NCBI GenBank assembly: GCA_025459425.1
Contig: JALOQF010000014.1
Coordinates: 1 to 32,000 of the forward strand
DNA: 32,000 nucleotides
DNA from: Myxococcaceae bacterium
GTDB taxonomy: Bacteria; Myxococcota; Myxococcia; Myxococcales; Myxococcaceae
Direction: 5' to 3'
Shown here: one piece after another, positions 16,782-27,684 of the stretch
Layout: the number at the start of each line of letters is the position of its first letter
How positions within the stretch are numbered: position 1 is the stretch's first letter
The notes under the pieces: generated by a model
The model's input: the letters and a program-made list of their open reading frames with translations, nothing else
The model's database searches: none
What the model was told of the DNA's origin: nothing
Position numbers and translations under genes: made by a program

Positions 16782-18520
16782 CGGCGGGCTCCTTCGTGGC
16801 GGCCGTTCATGAGGGCCGCCTCGACGTCGAAGGACGGCTCGAACGAGGCCGACAGTCGCCGCCGCACGTCTTCGGGGAACTTGCGCAGCCAGTGCCGGTA
16901 CGCGTTGGGCGCCATCACGCCGAGGCCGCAGTGCGACGTGTCTCGGAGCAGGTGGGCGAGGGTCTCGAGCTCGGTCAGCTCGACGCTCGAGCCACGGCCC
17001 TGCTGGAGCTTCGAGAGGCTGCGTGCCGCGACGTGCGTCCCCACCCGGCAGGGCGTGCAGAAGCCGCAGCTCTCGTGCGCGAAGAAGCGCGCGAAGTTGA
17101 GCGCCACCTCGAGCAGGTCACGCCGGGGCCCGAAGACGGCGATGGCTCCGGCGCAGGCGAGGTCTTCGAAGCACAGCCGGCGGTCGAACTCGAACGGGGC
17201 CACCAGCTCACCGGAAGGGCCGCTCACCTGCACGGCCCGGGCGTCGACCCCGCCTGCGAGCGCCAGCACGTCTCGGAGCGTCACGCCCCACGGCACCTCG
17301 TAGACGCCGGGGCGCTCGACGTCGCCAGCGACCGACAGGAGCTTCGAGCCGGTGGACTTCTCGGTGCCGAGCGCGCTCCACGCCTCGACGCCGTTCGCGA
17401 AGACGACGGCCACGTCGGCGTACGTCTCGACGTTGTTCACGATGGTGGGCCGACCGAGGTAGCCATTCGTCACCGGAAAGGGAGGCCGGTGCCGCGGGAC
17501 GCCGCGCTTGCCCTCGAGGGACTCGATGAGCGCGGTCTCTTCACCGCAGACGTACGCCCCCGCGCCCAGGTGCAGGTCGATGTCGAAGTCGAAGCCCCGC
17601 TCGCCGAGAATGCCCTGGCCGAGCAGGCCCTCACGACGACGCCGCTCGAGCACCCCGCGCAGGTGCCCTTCGAGGAACGTGTACTCACCCCGGAGGTAGA
17701 TGAAGCCCGTCGTCGCCTGCGTACAGTGCGCGGCGACGGTCATGCCCTCGACGACGAGGTCGGCGCAGGTGGCGAGGAGCACCCGGTCCTTGAAGGTGCC
17801 CGGTTCGCCCTCGTCGGCGTTGCACACCACGACGCTGTCGCCGGGCGCGGTGCGGCAGGTCTCCCACTTGGTGACGACGGGAAAGCCCGCGCCGCCGCGC
17901 CCACGGAGCCGCGCGGCCTCGAGCGTCTTCGTCCGTGCGTCGTGGCCCTGCTCGAGCACGCGGCGCAGGGCGGCCCCGGGCGCGAGCCGAGACGAGAGGA
18001 CCGGACCTCGCTGCCGAATGCCTTCGTCGACGTGCAGCAGCGCCTCCGGCCAGCGGTCGACGGGCGTCCCTGCTTCGATGCAGGCCACCACGGCGTCGAG
18101 TCGTTCCCCGACGACGCGTGAAATCGCGCGCCCGTTCACCAGAATCGCGGGCGGCTGGTCGCACAGCCCGGTGCACGACGTGCGGTCGAGCGAGACGACG
18201 CCATCGGTGCGAACGTGGCCGGGCTCGACGTGGAGCCGCTCGGAGAACGCCCGGAGCGTGTCGTGACTGCCCGCGAAGACGTCGGTGATGTTGTCCGAGA
18301 CGAGCACACGGAAGCGGCCGACGGGCTCGAGGTGCAAGAAGGCGTAGAACCCGGCCACGCCCTCGACATGCGCGCGTGGCAGACCGAGCCCGTTGGCCAC
18401 CTCGGTGAGCACACGCGGTGGGAGCCACTGGCCGCTGGCCGCCTGAACGTCTCTCAGAAGCTGGAGGAGCCGCGTGGGGTCGCGCTGGTGCGCGTCGAGG
18501 AGCTCGGACACCGTGCGCAT
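16778..18520 (-). CDS. hoxF: Diaphorase NAD(P)H/FMN subunit HoxF with a fused NuoE/HoxE-like N-terminal domain
   Basis: Track ORF 16778..18583 begins at a TTG. I prefer the ATG at 18520 (MRTVSELLDAHQRD...). Motifs: GRGGAGFPVVTKWE (FMN), CNADEGEPGTFKDR (NADH) and ESCGFCTPCRVG (4Fe-4S). The N-terminal thioredoxin-like domain has SCTGLCDQPPAILVNG. It has an ATGA overlap with hoxU. Confidence 0.9.
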   Translation of the reverse strand: MRTVSELLDAHQRDPTRLLQLLRDVQAASGQWLPPRVLTEVANGLGLPRAHVEGVAGFYAFLHLEPVGRFRVLVSDNITDVFAGSHDTLRAFSERLHVEPGHVRTDGVVSLDRTSCTGLCDQPPAILVNGRAISRVVGERLDAVVACIEAGTPVDRWPEALLHVDEGIRQRGPVLSSRLAPGAALRRVLEQGHDARTKTLEAARLRGRGGAGFPVVTKWETCRTAPGDSVVVCNADEGEPGTFKDRVLLATCADLVVEGMTVAAHCTQATTGFIYLRGEYTFLEGHLRGVLERRRREGLLGQGILGERGFDFDIDLHLGAGAYVCGEETALIESLEGKRGVPRHRPPFPVTNGYLGRPTIVNNVETYADVAVVFANGVEAWSALGTEKSTGSKLLSVAGDVERPGVYEVPWGVTLRDVLALAGGVDARAVQVSGPSGELVAPFEFDRRLCFEDLACAGAIAVFGPRRDLLEVALNFARFFAHESCGFCTPCRVGTHVAARSLSKLQQGRGSSVELTELETLAHLLRDTSHCGLGVMAPNAYRHWLRKFPEDVRRRLSASFEPSFDVEAALMNGRHEGARR

Positions 18521-18684
18521 GAGTCGGTTGGATGCACGCGCCGCGCCGCCATGTACGAGCCCACGCCGGTCGGCCCGACGCAAGGCTTGCGTCAGGGCGC
18601 TTCACCAGACCGGGACGGCGCAAGAAGCGGGCGCGGGAGACGCACGGCGCCAAACGCGGTGGCTGCTGGCACGATGCGGCCGCG

Positions 18685-19830
18685 ATGGCCACCCCCGAAG
18701 ACGAACAGGTTCTGGACGAGCTGGCGACGTTGCTCGCGACGAATGGGCTGGGCGACTTCGTCTTCGGGCCCCTGCTGACGCCAGACCCGACGTTCTTCCC
18801 TGACGCGTGGCGCGGCGATCTGGCGAGCGCCGAGGCGATGCTCCGGCGCCTGCTGGCGTACGCGCGGCTCGGCTCGCTCCCCTTCGTGCTCTGGCGCTTC
18901 GATGATCCGCGCTGGCTCGAGGGCGAGCACGAGCGGGAAACGACACATCACGACGCCGCGGCCTTCTTCGACGGGGCGAACGAGTTCGGCACGTACCTCT
19001 TCGGCGTGCGGGCGGATCAATGGGACGACCCGATGTCGCTCGCGGGCGTGCTGGCGCACGAGACGGCGCATGCCTGGCGCTTCCGCCGTGACATCACCTC
19101 GAGCCACGAGGCCACCGAAGAACGGCTCACCGACCTCACCTCGGTCTTCCTCGGCTTCGGGGTGCTCGCGGCCGCGGTGGCGTATCGACATGCGCCGGAG
19201 CTGCAACGTCGAGGCTACCTGCCGCTCCACGTGGTGGCGTTCGCGCTGGGCGTGCAGTTGGTGGTTCGAGGAGACGAAGCCGAGTGGGCGCTCATCGACG
19301 ACGCGCTCGGAGCGGACGCCAGAGCCATCGTGCGAGACGTGCGGCGGCAGTGGGCTCCCAGGCGGGCCGAGCTGCTCTCACGATTGGGCCTGCCTGCCGA
19401 GACGACGTGGAAGCGCCCGGCGCCTCCGACGCTGCCGAAGCCCTGGAGCCCGCGCGTCGCGTCGGGTCGCGACGTGGTGTTCCGCGTGGCCGAGGCGCCG
19501 TGGTGGCCGGTCGCGACGGTGGCGGCGATCGTCTCGGGCGCGGTCGCGATGGCGAACCAGTCGTGGTGGCCGCTGCTGGGACTGGGGCTGACACCGGTCG
19601 CGGTCCTGCTGCGGAAAGACGTGTGCTCTGGGTGCAGGGCGCCGCTCGCCTCGTCGGCCAGTCGCTGCGCGGGGTGTGGTGGTGAGGTGAAGGGGCGCGT
19701 CCGCCGGCGCGCAGAGCACACCGCGGCCGAGCGCGCGTTCCTCGAGGCCGCAGAAGACACGCGTGCTGCCGAGGCGCGCGACGTGGTGAAGGACTTGCTC
19801 TCGAGGGCGCGGGACGACGACTCGAAGTAG
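18685..19830 (+). CDS. Hypothetical HExxH (zincin-like) protein with TM segments and a C-terminal zinc ribbon
   Basis: This is track ORF 18532..19830 trimmed to the ATG at 18685 (MATPEDEQVLDEL...). It contains GVLAHETAHAWRF (HExxH), hydrophobic segments (LTSVFLGFGVLAAAVA, WWPVATVAAIVSGAVAMA, WWPLLGLGLTPVAVLL) and then CSGC-x12-CAGC. It is divergent from hoxF. Confidence 0.65.
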   Translation: MATPEDEQVLDELATLLATNGLGDFVFGPLLTPDPTFFPDAWRGDLASAEAMLRRLLAYARLGSLPFVLWRFDDPRWLEGEHERETTHHDAAAFFDGANEFGTYLFGVRADQWDDPMSLAGVLAHETAHAWRFRRDITSSHEATEERLTDLTSVFLGFGVLAAAVAYRHAPELQRRGYLPLHVVAFALGVQLVVRGDEAEWALIDDALGADARAIVRDVRRQWAPRRAELLSRLGLPAETTWKRPAPPTLPKPWSPRVASGRDVVFRVAEAPWWPVATVAAIVSGAVAMANQSWWPLLGLGLTPVAVLLRKDVCSGCRAPLASSASRCAGCGGEVKGRVRRRAEHTAAERAFLEAAEDTRAAEARDVVKDLLSRARDDDSK

Positions 19831-19842
19831 GCACTCGCCTGC

Positions 19843-20262
19843 ATGAACCCGGTTCCCTGCAGTCGCTGCGGCACCTTCATTCGCGAACGGCGCGAACTGC
19901 TCTACTCCGATGCAGGCGACCCGATGTGTCCGGAGTGCCGGCGGGCGATCGACGAGCCGCGCCGAAGGCAGCTGCGGAGCCGCACGCACCCGCTCGTCTG
20001 GCGTTCGCTCGGCGCGGCGTTCTGGTCGGTGGCCGGACTTCCCTTCTCGATCATCGTCCTTGGGGGCGCCGTGTGGGCGAGCATGCCGGCGCTCTCGACC
20101 GGCCTCGTCATCTTGAGCCGACTCAACGGCGACGCGGAGCTGCGGGCCGAAGTGGGCCCTCGACTTCGGCTCGTCCGAACGAGCGCCTGGGTGAGCGTCG
20201 TCCTGGGCGCGGTTGGTGGGTTCGCGACGCTCGCCAGGCTGGCGGTCTTGTTGGCCGGCTGA
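19843..20262 (+). CDS. Small membrane protein with an N-terminal zinc ribbon
   Basis: Track ORF of 139 aa. It has CSRC-x18-CPEC followed by three hydrophobic helices. It starts 12 nt after the previous gene's stop. Confidence 0.6.
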   Translation: MNPVPCSRCGTFIRERRELLYSDAGDPMCPECRRAIDEPRRRQLRSRTHPLVWRSLGAAFWSVAGLPFSIIVLGGAVWASMPALSTGLVILSRLNGDAELRAEVGPRLRLVRTSAWVSVVLGAVGGFATLARLAVLLAG

Positions 20263-20327
20263 ACGCGAGCGCTCCCGCAGGCCGAGGTGGCGCACCAGCG
20301 ACTGGCGACTCCGGGTAGGCTTTTTAC

Positions 20328-22325
20328 ATGCTCCCGGTCCTCGTCCTCGGGCTGTGTCTCGCGGCACCTGACGGAGGCACCGACGCGCCGAAACGCCTCC
20401 GGGTGCTGATGCGCAACGCAGGCGAAGGCTTTCTGCCGCCGCAGGCCAACCCCGAGGCCCACGAGCTCGAGCTGCTCGAAGAGTTCGCCGCGCGTCACCA
20501 CCTCACACTCGAGCGCGTGGTCGTCGAGCGCTTCGACGAGCTCATTCCCGCGCTGCTCGCCAACCGCGGAGACGTCATCGCAGCCGGCCTCACCATCACG
20601 CCGGAGCGTCAGAAGCAGCTCGCCTTCACCCGCCCCACCGAGGTCGTCGACGAGCTGCTCGTCACGCGCGCCTCGGATGGCGGCGTGCCGCGCGCCGTGA
20701 AGGACCTCGCCGGCGCCACCATTCACGTCGCGGCCGGCAGCGCCTTCGTCGACTCCCTCGAGACGTTGAAGGCCCAGGGCGTGGCCTTCACCATCGCCAC
20801 CGAGTCGGGCTCCTTCCCGCCCGACCAGCTCGCCTTCGACGTCGCGCGCGGCACGAAGCGCTTCACCGTCATCGACAGCCGCCGCTTCGAGGCCATCAGC
20901 GAGTACACGAAGGGCCTCGTGGCGCCCTTCGCCATCGCGCGCGACCGACCGATTGCGCTGGCGCTCAGGCCGCAGGACACCGCGCTGCGCGCCCAGCTCG
21001 ACGCCTTCCTCATGGAGCGCGCCTTCCTCGACGACCTGGGGCCCGCCCTCGGCGACCTCGACGACATCAAGAAGCGCGGGCGGCTCCGGGTGCTGACCCG
21101 CAACAACGCCGTCACCTTCTACCTGTACAAGGGCGAGCGCCGCGGCTTCGACTGGGACCTCGCCAAGCTGCTCGCGAAGTCGCTCGGCGTGCGCCTCGAG
21201 GTCGTGCTCGCGCCGTCGTACGACGAGCTGATTCCGATGCTGAAGGCCGGCCAAGGCGACCTCATCGCGGCCTCGCTCACCGCCACGCCCGAGCGCGAGC
21301 GCGACGTCGCCTTCTCCACGCCATACCTCTTCGTGAAGGAGGTCCTCGTCGAGCGCGCGAGCCCCGACGGCGGCATCACCCGCCCCGAGCAGCTCCGCGG
21401 CCGCCGCGTCACCGTGCGCGCCTCGTCCTCGTACGCCGCCACCCTCGCCCCGCTCGCTGCCCAGCACGGCTTCACCATCGAACCCGCCGACGAAGACACC
21501 GAGGTCGAAGACCTCATCGCCGACGTCGCATCGGGCGCCATCGACCTCACCGTCGCCGACAGTCACTTCCTCGACGCGGAGCGGCTCACCCGCTCCGACG
21601 TGCGCGCCGCGCTCGCCCTCTCGGCCGACCGCCCCATCGCCTTCGCCGTCCGCCACGACAGCGTGAAGCTGCTCGCCGCCGTGAACGCGTTCGTCAAGAA
21701 GACGTACCGCGGGCTCGAGTACAACATGATCAAGAAGCGCAACTTCGAGAACCGCCAGTCGGCGCTCCTCGCGCGCACGCAGGACTCGGCGAAGACCGGC
21801 TCGCTCTCGCCGTACGACGGCATCATCAAGAAGTACTCGCGGCAGTACGGCTTCGACTGGCGCCTCATGTCGGCGCAGGCCTGGCGCGAGAGCCAGTTCA
21901 ACCCGAAGGCCACCTCGTTCGTCGGCGCGCGGGGGCTCTTCCAGGTGATGCCCGCGACCGGCCAGGAAATGGGCTTCACCCGCCTCTACGACGCTGACAC
22001 GGGCGCCCACGCGGGCATCAAGTACATGCACTGGCTGCTCAAGCGCTACGAGCCCTCGCTCCCGCTCAACGAGCGCGTTCGCTTCTCGCTGGCCGCGTAC
22101 AACGCCGGCTTCGGCCGGGTGGAAGACGCGCGGCGGCTGGCCGTGCTGCTCGGCCTCGACCCCGACGTCTGGGACGACAACGTCGAGAAGGCCATGGGGC
22201 TGCTCGCCCGCTCGAAGTACGCCCGCCTGGTGAAGGGCGGCTTCTGCCGCTGCCAGGAGCCCGTCGACTACGTGAACGTCATCGAGAACAAGTACGAGTC
22301 GTTCGCGCAGCTCGTGGAGGACTAG
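20328..22325 (+). CDS. MltF-like lytic murein transglycosylase with two tandem SBP_bac_3-like domains and a C-terminal SLT domain
   Basis: Track ORF of 665 aa. An in-frame TAG 12 nt upstream fixes the start. The two periplasmic-binding-like modules begin LRVLMRNAGEGF... and LRVLTRNNAVTFY...; each has an ELIP(A/M)L...GD(V/L)IAA(G/S)LT(I/A)TPER motif. The SLT catalytic region is AQAWRESQFNPKATSFVGARGLFQVMPATG. Confidence 0.85.
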   Translation: MLPVLVLGLCLAAPDGGTDAPKRLRVLMRNAGEGFLPPQANPEAHELELLEEFAARHHLTLERVVVERFDELIPALLANRGDVIAAGLTITPERQKQLAFTRPTEVVDELLVTRASDGGVPRAVKDLAGATIHVAAGSAFVDSLETLKAQGVAFTIATESGSFPPDQLAFDVARGTKRFTVIDSRRFEAISEYTKGLVAPFAIARDRPIALALRPQDTALRAQLDAFLMERAFLDDLGPALGDLDDIKKRGRLRVLTRNNAVTFYLYKGERRGFDWDLAKLLAKSLGVRLEVVLAPSYDELIPMLKAGQGDLIAASLTATPERERDVAFSTPYLFVKEVLVERASPDGGITRPEQLRGRRVTVRASSSYAATLAPLAAQHGFTIEPADEDTEVEDLIADVASGAIDLTVADSHFLDAERLTRSDVRAALALSADRPIAFAVRHDSVKLLAAVNAFVKKTYRGLEYNMIKKRNFENRQSALLARTQDSAKTGSLSPYDGIIKKYSRQYGFDWRLMSAQAWRESQFNPKATSFVGARGLFQVMPATGQEMGFTRLYDADTGAHAGIKYMHWLLKRYEPSLPLNERVRFSLAAYNAGFGRVEDARRLAVLLGLDPDVWDDNVEKAMGLLARSKYARLVKGGFCRCQEPVDYVNVIENKYESFAQLVED

Positions 22326-22382
22326 GTCACCGGTCCGTCACGCTGGGCGCTGATCACCGCCGGGGGCAGGTAAGCAGGCCGC

Positions 22383-23768
22383 ATGTCGACGCTCGACGCG
22401 ACGCTCACGCCAGACGTGCCTGCTGCCGACCCGTCGGCCCGACGGCGCATGCTGCCCGTGCTCTTCCTCGGCGTCTTCATGGCGGCCCTCGACGCCGCGG
22501 TGGTGGCGCCCGCGGTGCCCGCCCTCAAGGCAGCCTTCGGCCTCGACAACCGGCAGGTCGGCCTCGTCACCATCGTCTTCAGCCTCTGCTCGCTGAGCGC
22601 CACCGCGTTGATGGCCAACCTGTCGGACCGCTTCGGCCGGCGCACCATCTACCTGCTCGACATCGCCGGCTTCGCGCTCGGCTCGCTCGTCATCGCGCAG
22701 GCGAGCAGCTTCGGCGCGGTGCTGGTCGGTCGCGCCATTCAAGGCCTCTGCGCCGGTGGCATCACGCCCACCGCGAGCGCCGTCGTCGGTGACGCCTTCC
22801 CTCCAAAGGAGCGCGGCAAGGTGCTCGGCCTCATCGGCGCCACCTTCGGCATGGCCTTCCTCGTCGGGCCCCTGCTGGCGTCGGCGGTGCTGCTGGTGGC
22901 GAGCTGGCCGTGGATCTTCCTGCTCAACCTGCCGGTGGCCGCGCTCGTCTTCACCCTGGGCCTCAAGGCGCTGCCGGGGAAGACCGTGCGCTCCGGCCAG
23001 GCGCCCTTCGATGCGGCTGGCGTCGTGGTGCTGGCGACGACGCTCGCGTGCCTCATGCTGGGCATCAACCGCGCGCTCGACCTGCAGCTCGGGCGCACCC
23101 TGTGGCCGTACCTCCTGGGCGTCGCCGCGCTGGGCGTGCCGCTGCTCGTCCTCGTCGAGCGCCGGGCCGCGCAGCCCATCGTGCCGATGCGCCTCTTCAC
23201 CCGGCTCGCGCTGCAGCGCACGTGGCTGCTCTGCGTGGGCGCCGGGTTCGGCATGGGCAGCATCATCTTCATCTCGTCCATCGCCGTCGCGGCGTTCGGC
23301 GTCACGACGCAGAAGGCCGGCCTGCTCCTGATTCCCCTCGTGCTGGCGTCGGCCGGCGGGTCGATGGGCTTCGGGCGCGTGCAGCACCGGGTCGGCGCGC
23401 GCGTCGTGCTGCTCTCGGGCTTCGGAGCGCTCTTCCTCGGCGCGAGCCTGCTCGGCGGCCTGACGCCGACGTGGGTGAGCTTCTTCGTCTCGACGATGCT
23501 GGTGGGGCTCGGCGTGGGCATCGTGGTCGGCGGCACGCTGCGCACGATGGTGCTCGACGAGGTCGACGCGGCCGAGCGGAGCGCGGCGCAGGCGCTGGTG
23601 AACATCTTCATCGCCATCGGCAACCTGCTGGTGGTGGCGACGCTGAGCGTGGTGGCCGACGGCAGCGGTGGCGGCGCGGCGGGCCTGACGCGCGCGTACC
23701 TCGTCGCCGCAGCGGTGATGGCGGTGATGCTGGTGCTCTCGTCGACCATCCGTCGGCGGGCGGCGTGA
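22383..23768 (+). CDS. MFS transporter (drug:H+ antiporter-like)
   Basis: Track ORF of 461 aa with about 12-14 hydrophobic helices. The MFS motif-A-like sequence LSDRFGRRTIYL follows TM2, and GRAIQGLCAGGITP is present. Confidence 0.9.
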   Translation: MSTLDATLTPDVPAADPSARRRMLPVLFLGVFMAALDAAVVAPAVPALKAAFGLDNRQVGLVTIVFSLCSLSATALMANLSDRFGRRTIYLLDIAGFALGSLVIAQASSFGAVLVGRAIQGLCAGGITPTASAVVGDAFPPKERGKVLGLIGATFGMAFLVGPLLASAVLLVASWPWIFLLNLPVAALVFTLGLKALPGKTVRSGQAPFDAAGVVVLATTLACLMLGINRALDLQLGRTLWPYLLGVAALGVPLLVLVERRAAQPIVPMRLFTRLALQRTWLLCVGAGFGMGSIIFISSIAVAAFGVTTQKAGLLLIPLVLASAGGSMGFGRVQHRVGARVVLLSGFGALFLGASLLGGLTPTWVSFFVSTMLVGLGVGIVVGGTLRTMVLDEVDAAERSAAQALVNIFIAIGNLLVVATLSVVADGSGGGAAGLTRAYLVAAAVMAVMLVLSSTIRRRAA

Positions 23769-24649
23769 CGTCGCTGGTGCGGCTGCCGTCAGGCGGAGCG
23801 CTCCACCTCGAAGGCCCCGCGCAGGCTGACCGCCCGGCGCTCCTGTTCCTGCACGGCGTCGGTGGTGCAGCCTGGTCGTGGGCCCCACAGCGCACGGCGT
23901 TCTCGTCGACCCACGCGTGCTTCACCTGGGAAGCGCGTGGGCACGGGCAGGCCGCTGCGTGCGACGACGCGGGCCTCGCCGACTACCACCTCGACGCCAG
24001 CGAGGCGCTCGGGTGGATTCTGGCCAACACGGCGCACGACGTGGTGCTCGTCGGCCACTCGATGGGCGGGCTGCTCGCGGTGGCGCTCGCGTGCGAGGTG
24101 CGCGCGCGCATCGCTGGCGTCTTCCTCGTCGACCCGGTCTACGCGGAGCGCGGTGACGGCGTTCCCCTGCCCTCGGTTCTCCTCGCGCCGCTCCGGGTGT
24201 TCTTTCGTGCGGTGGCCCGCTCGTTCCAGCGCGGCGGTTGGCTCGGGCGCGCCGTCGCCTGGCCCTTCTTCAAGTGGGCGTTCCTCGACGCGCGCGTGCG
24301 CGACGCGACGTGGCCGCTTCAGCTCGCGCAGCGGCCCATCGAGTACCCGCGCACGGTGCTCGAGGCGCTCGACGGCGTGAGGGGGTTTCCCTTTCGGCCC
24401 TTCGCCGACGAGCTCGACGTGCCGATGGTGCTGCTCGAGGCCGTGCAGAGGCCGAAGCAGAGGCGCCGCTTCGAGTCGGTGGTGACGCGCCTGCGCTCCC
24501 GGCTGGGCGAGCGCTTCCGCCACGAGGTGGTGCTGAGCGGCCACTACGTGCAGCTCGACCGGGCCGAGCTGACGACGTCACACCTCGAGGCCTTCGTCGC
24601 CAGCGCGCTCGTCCTCTTCCTCCTCGTAGCGGGGACACCGGGCGCATGA
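23765..24649 (+). CDS. Alpha/beta hydrolase
   Basis: This is the 3' 294 codons of track ORF 22910..24649, from the GTG at 23765. That GTG overlaps the MFS stop (GTGA). Motifs: ALLFLHGVGGAAWSW (HG oxyanion), LVGHSMGG (GxSxG nucleophile) and VLSGHYVQLD (catalytic His). Confidence 0.8.
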   Translation: MTSLVRLPSGGALHLEGPAQADRPALLFLHGVGGAAWSWAPQRTAFSSTHACFTWEARGHGQAAACDDAGLADYHLDASEALGWILANTAHDVVLVGHSMGGLLAVALACEVRARIAGVFLVDPVYAERGDGVPLPSVLLAPLRVFFRAVARSFQRGGWLGRAVAWPFFKWAFLDARVRDATWPLQLAQRPIEYPRTVLEALDGVRGFPFRPFADELDVPMVLLEAVQRPKQRRRFESVVTRLRSRLGERFRHEVVLSGHYVQLDRAELTTSHLEAFVASALVLFLLVAGTPGA

Positions 24650-24835
24650 CGCCGCGAGGCACTCACAGCTGCAGGTGCCGTTCTTCAGCTTCGTACACGA
24701 CTCGTTGGGGTCGCATGACCGGCACTCCCCGTCCTCGAGCGAGTGCCGCTGGGTCGCCCCGGTCTGGGGAGCCTCGACGGTGCCGCACGCCAGCGCGAGG
24801 CTGAACAGAAAACACTTCAAGAATGACCGATGCAT
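24578..24835 (-). CDS. Small Cys-rich lipoprotein with an acidic tail (85 aa)
   Basis: This is track ORF 24578..24892 trimmed to the ATG at 24835: MHRSFLKCFLFSLALAC|GTVEAP (lipobox LALAC). It continues ECRSCDPNESCTKLKNGTCSCECLAASCARCP and ends YEEEEDERAGDEGLEV. Its last 72 nt overlap the convergent hydrolase gene. Confidence 0.5.
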   Translation of the reverse strand: MHRSFLKCFLFSLALACGTVEAPQTGATQRHSLEDGECRSCDPNESCTKLKNGTCSCECLAASCARCPRYEEEEDERAGDEGLEV

Positions 24836-24949
24836 GCACACCTCGGGTGTTGGTGACGATGCAAAGACAGGGGCTGCGTTGGAACGGCGCATGGACCTGC
24901 GTCAGCAGCCGCTGCCCGGGGGAGTTGAGCCCGGGCGCACTTTTCGGCT

Positions 24950-24996
24950 GTGAACGTAATTCGCCGGTTCACGGCCGGGGCCGCTGCCCCTAGACT
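24950..24996 (+). promoter_or_regulatory. Inverted repeat plus sigma70-like promoter candidate upstream of the OmpA/FecR/cyclase cluster
   Basis: The inverted repeat is GTGAAC (24950-24955)-N11-GTTCAC (24967-24972). TTCACG (24968-24973)-N17-TAGACT (24991-24996) resembles TTGACA-N17-TATAAT, with 4 of 6 matches in each hexamer. The element lies in a low-GC patch 10 nt upstream of the ATG at 25006. Confidence 0.3.
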
Positions 24997-25005
24997 TTGG
25001 CGTGG

Positions 25006-27680
<2,675 letters not shown>

Positions 27681-27684
<4 letters not shown>

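Noticed and set aside
18521-18583. TTG start at 18583 for hoxF (21 extra codons, MRRADRRGLVHGGAARASNRL)
   Set aside because: TTG is a rare start and the extension is Arg-rich and unconserved-looking. The ATG at 18520 is preferred, although neither start has a strong SD, so the start remains uncertain.
18667-18672. Sigma-54-like TGGCAC upstream of the HExxH gene
   Set aside because: The -12 element (TTGC, 5 nt downstream) is absent: the sequence is TGGCAC-GATGC-GGCC. The site is also only about 13 nt from the ATG.
19902-22031. 709-aa antisense ORF across the MltF-like gene, and other antisense ORFs (19378..20367 and 20723..21979)
   Set aside because: Their composition is Gly/Ala/Arg/Glu-rich low complexity. 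The plus frame has SBP and SLT motifs and an in-frame upstream stop that defines its start.
22338-23888. Antisense and off-frame ORFs over the MFS gene (516 aa, 336 aa), and the 5' part of ORF 22910..24649
   Set aside because: The MFS frame shows regular TM periodicity and motif A. The alternatives are Arg/His/Pro-rich. Hydrolase homology starts at the GTG at 23765.
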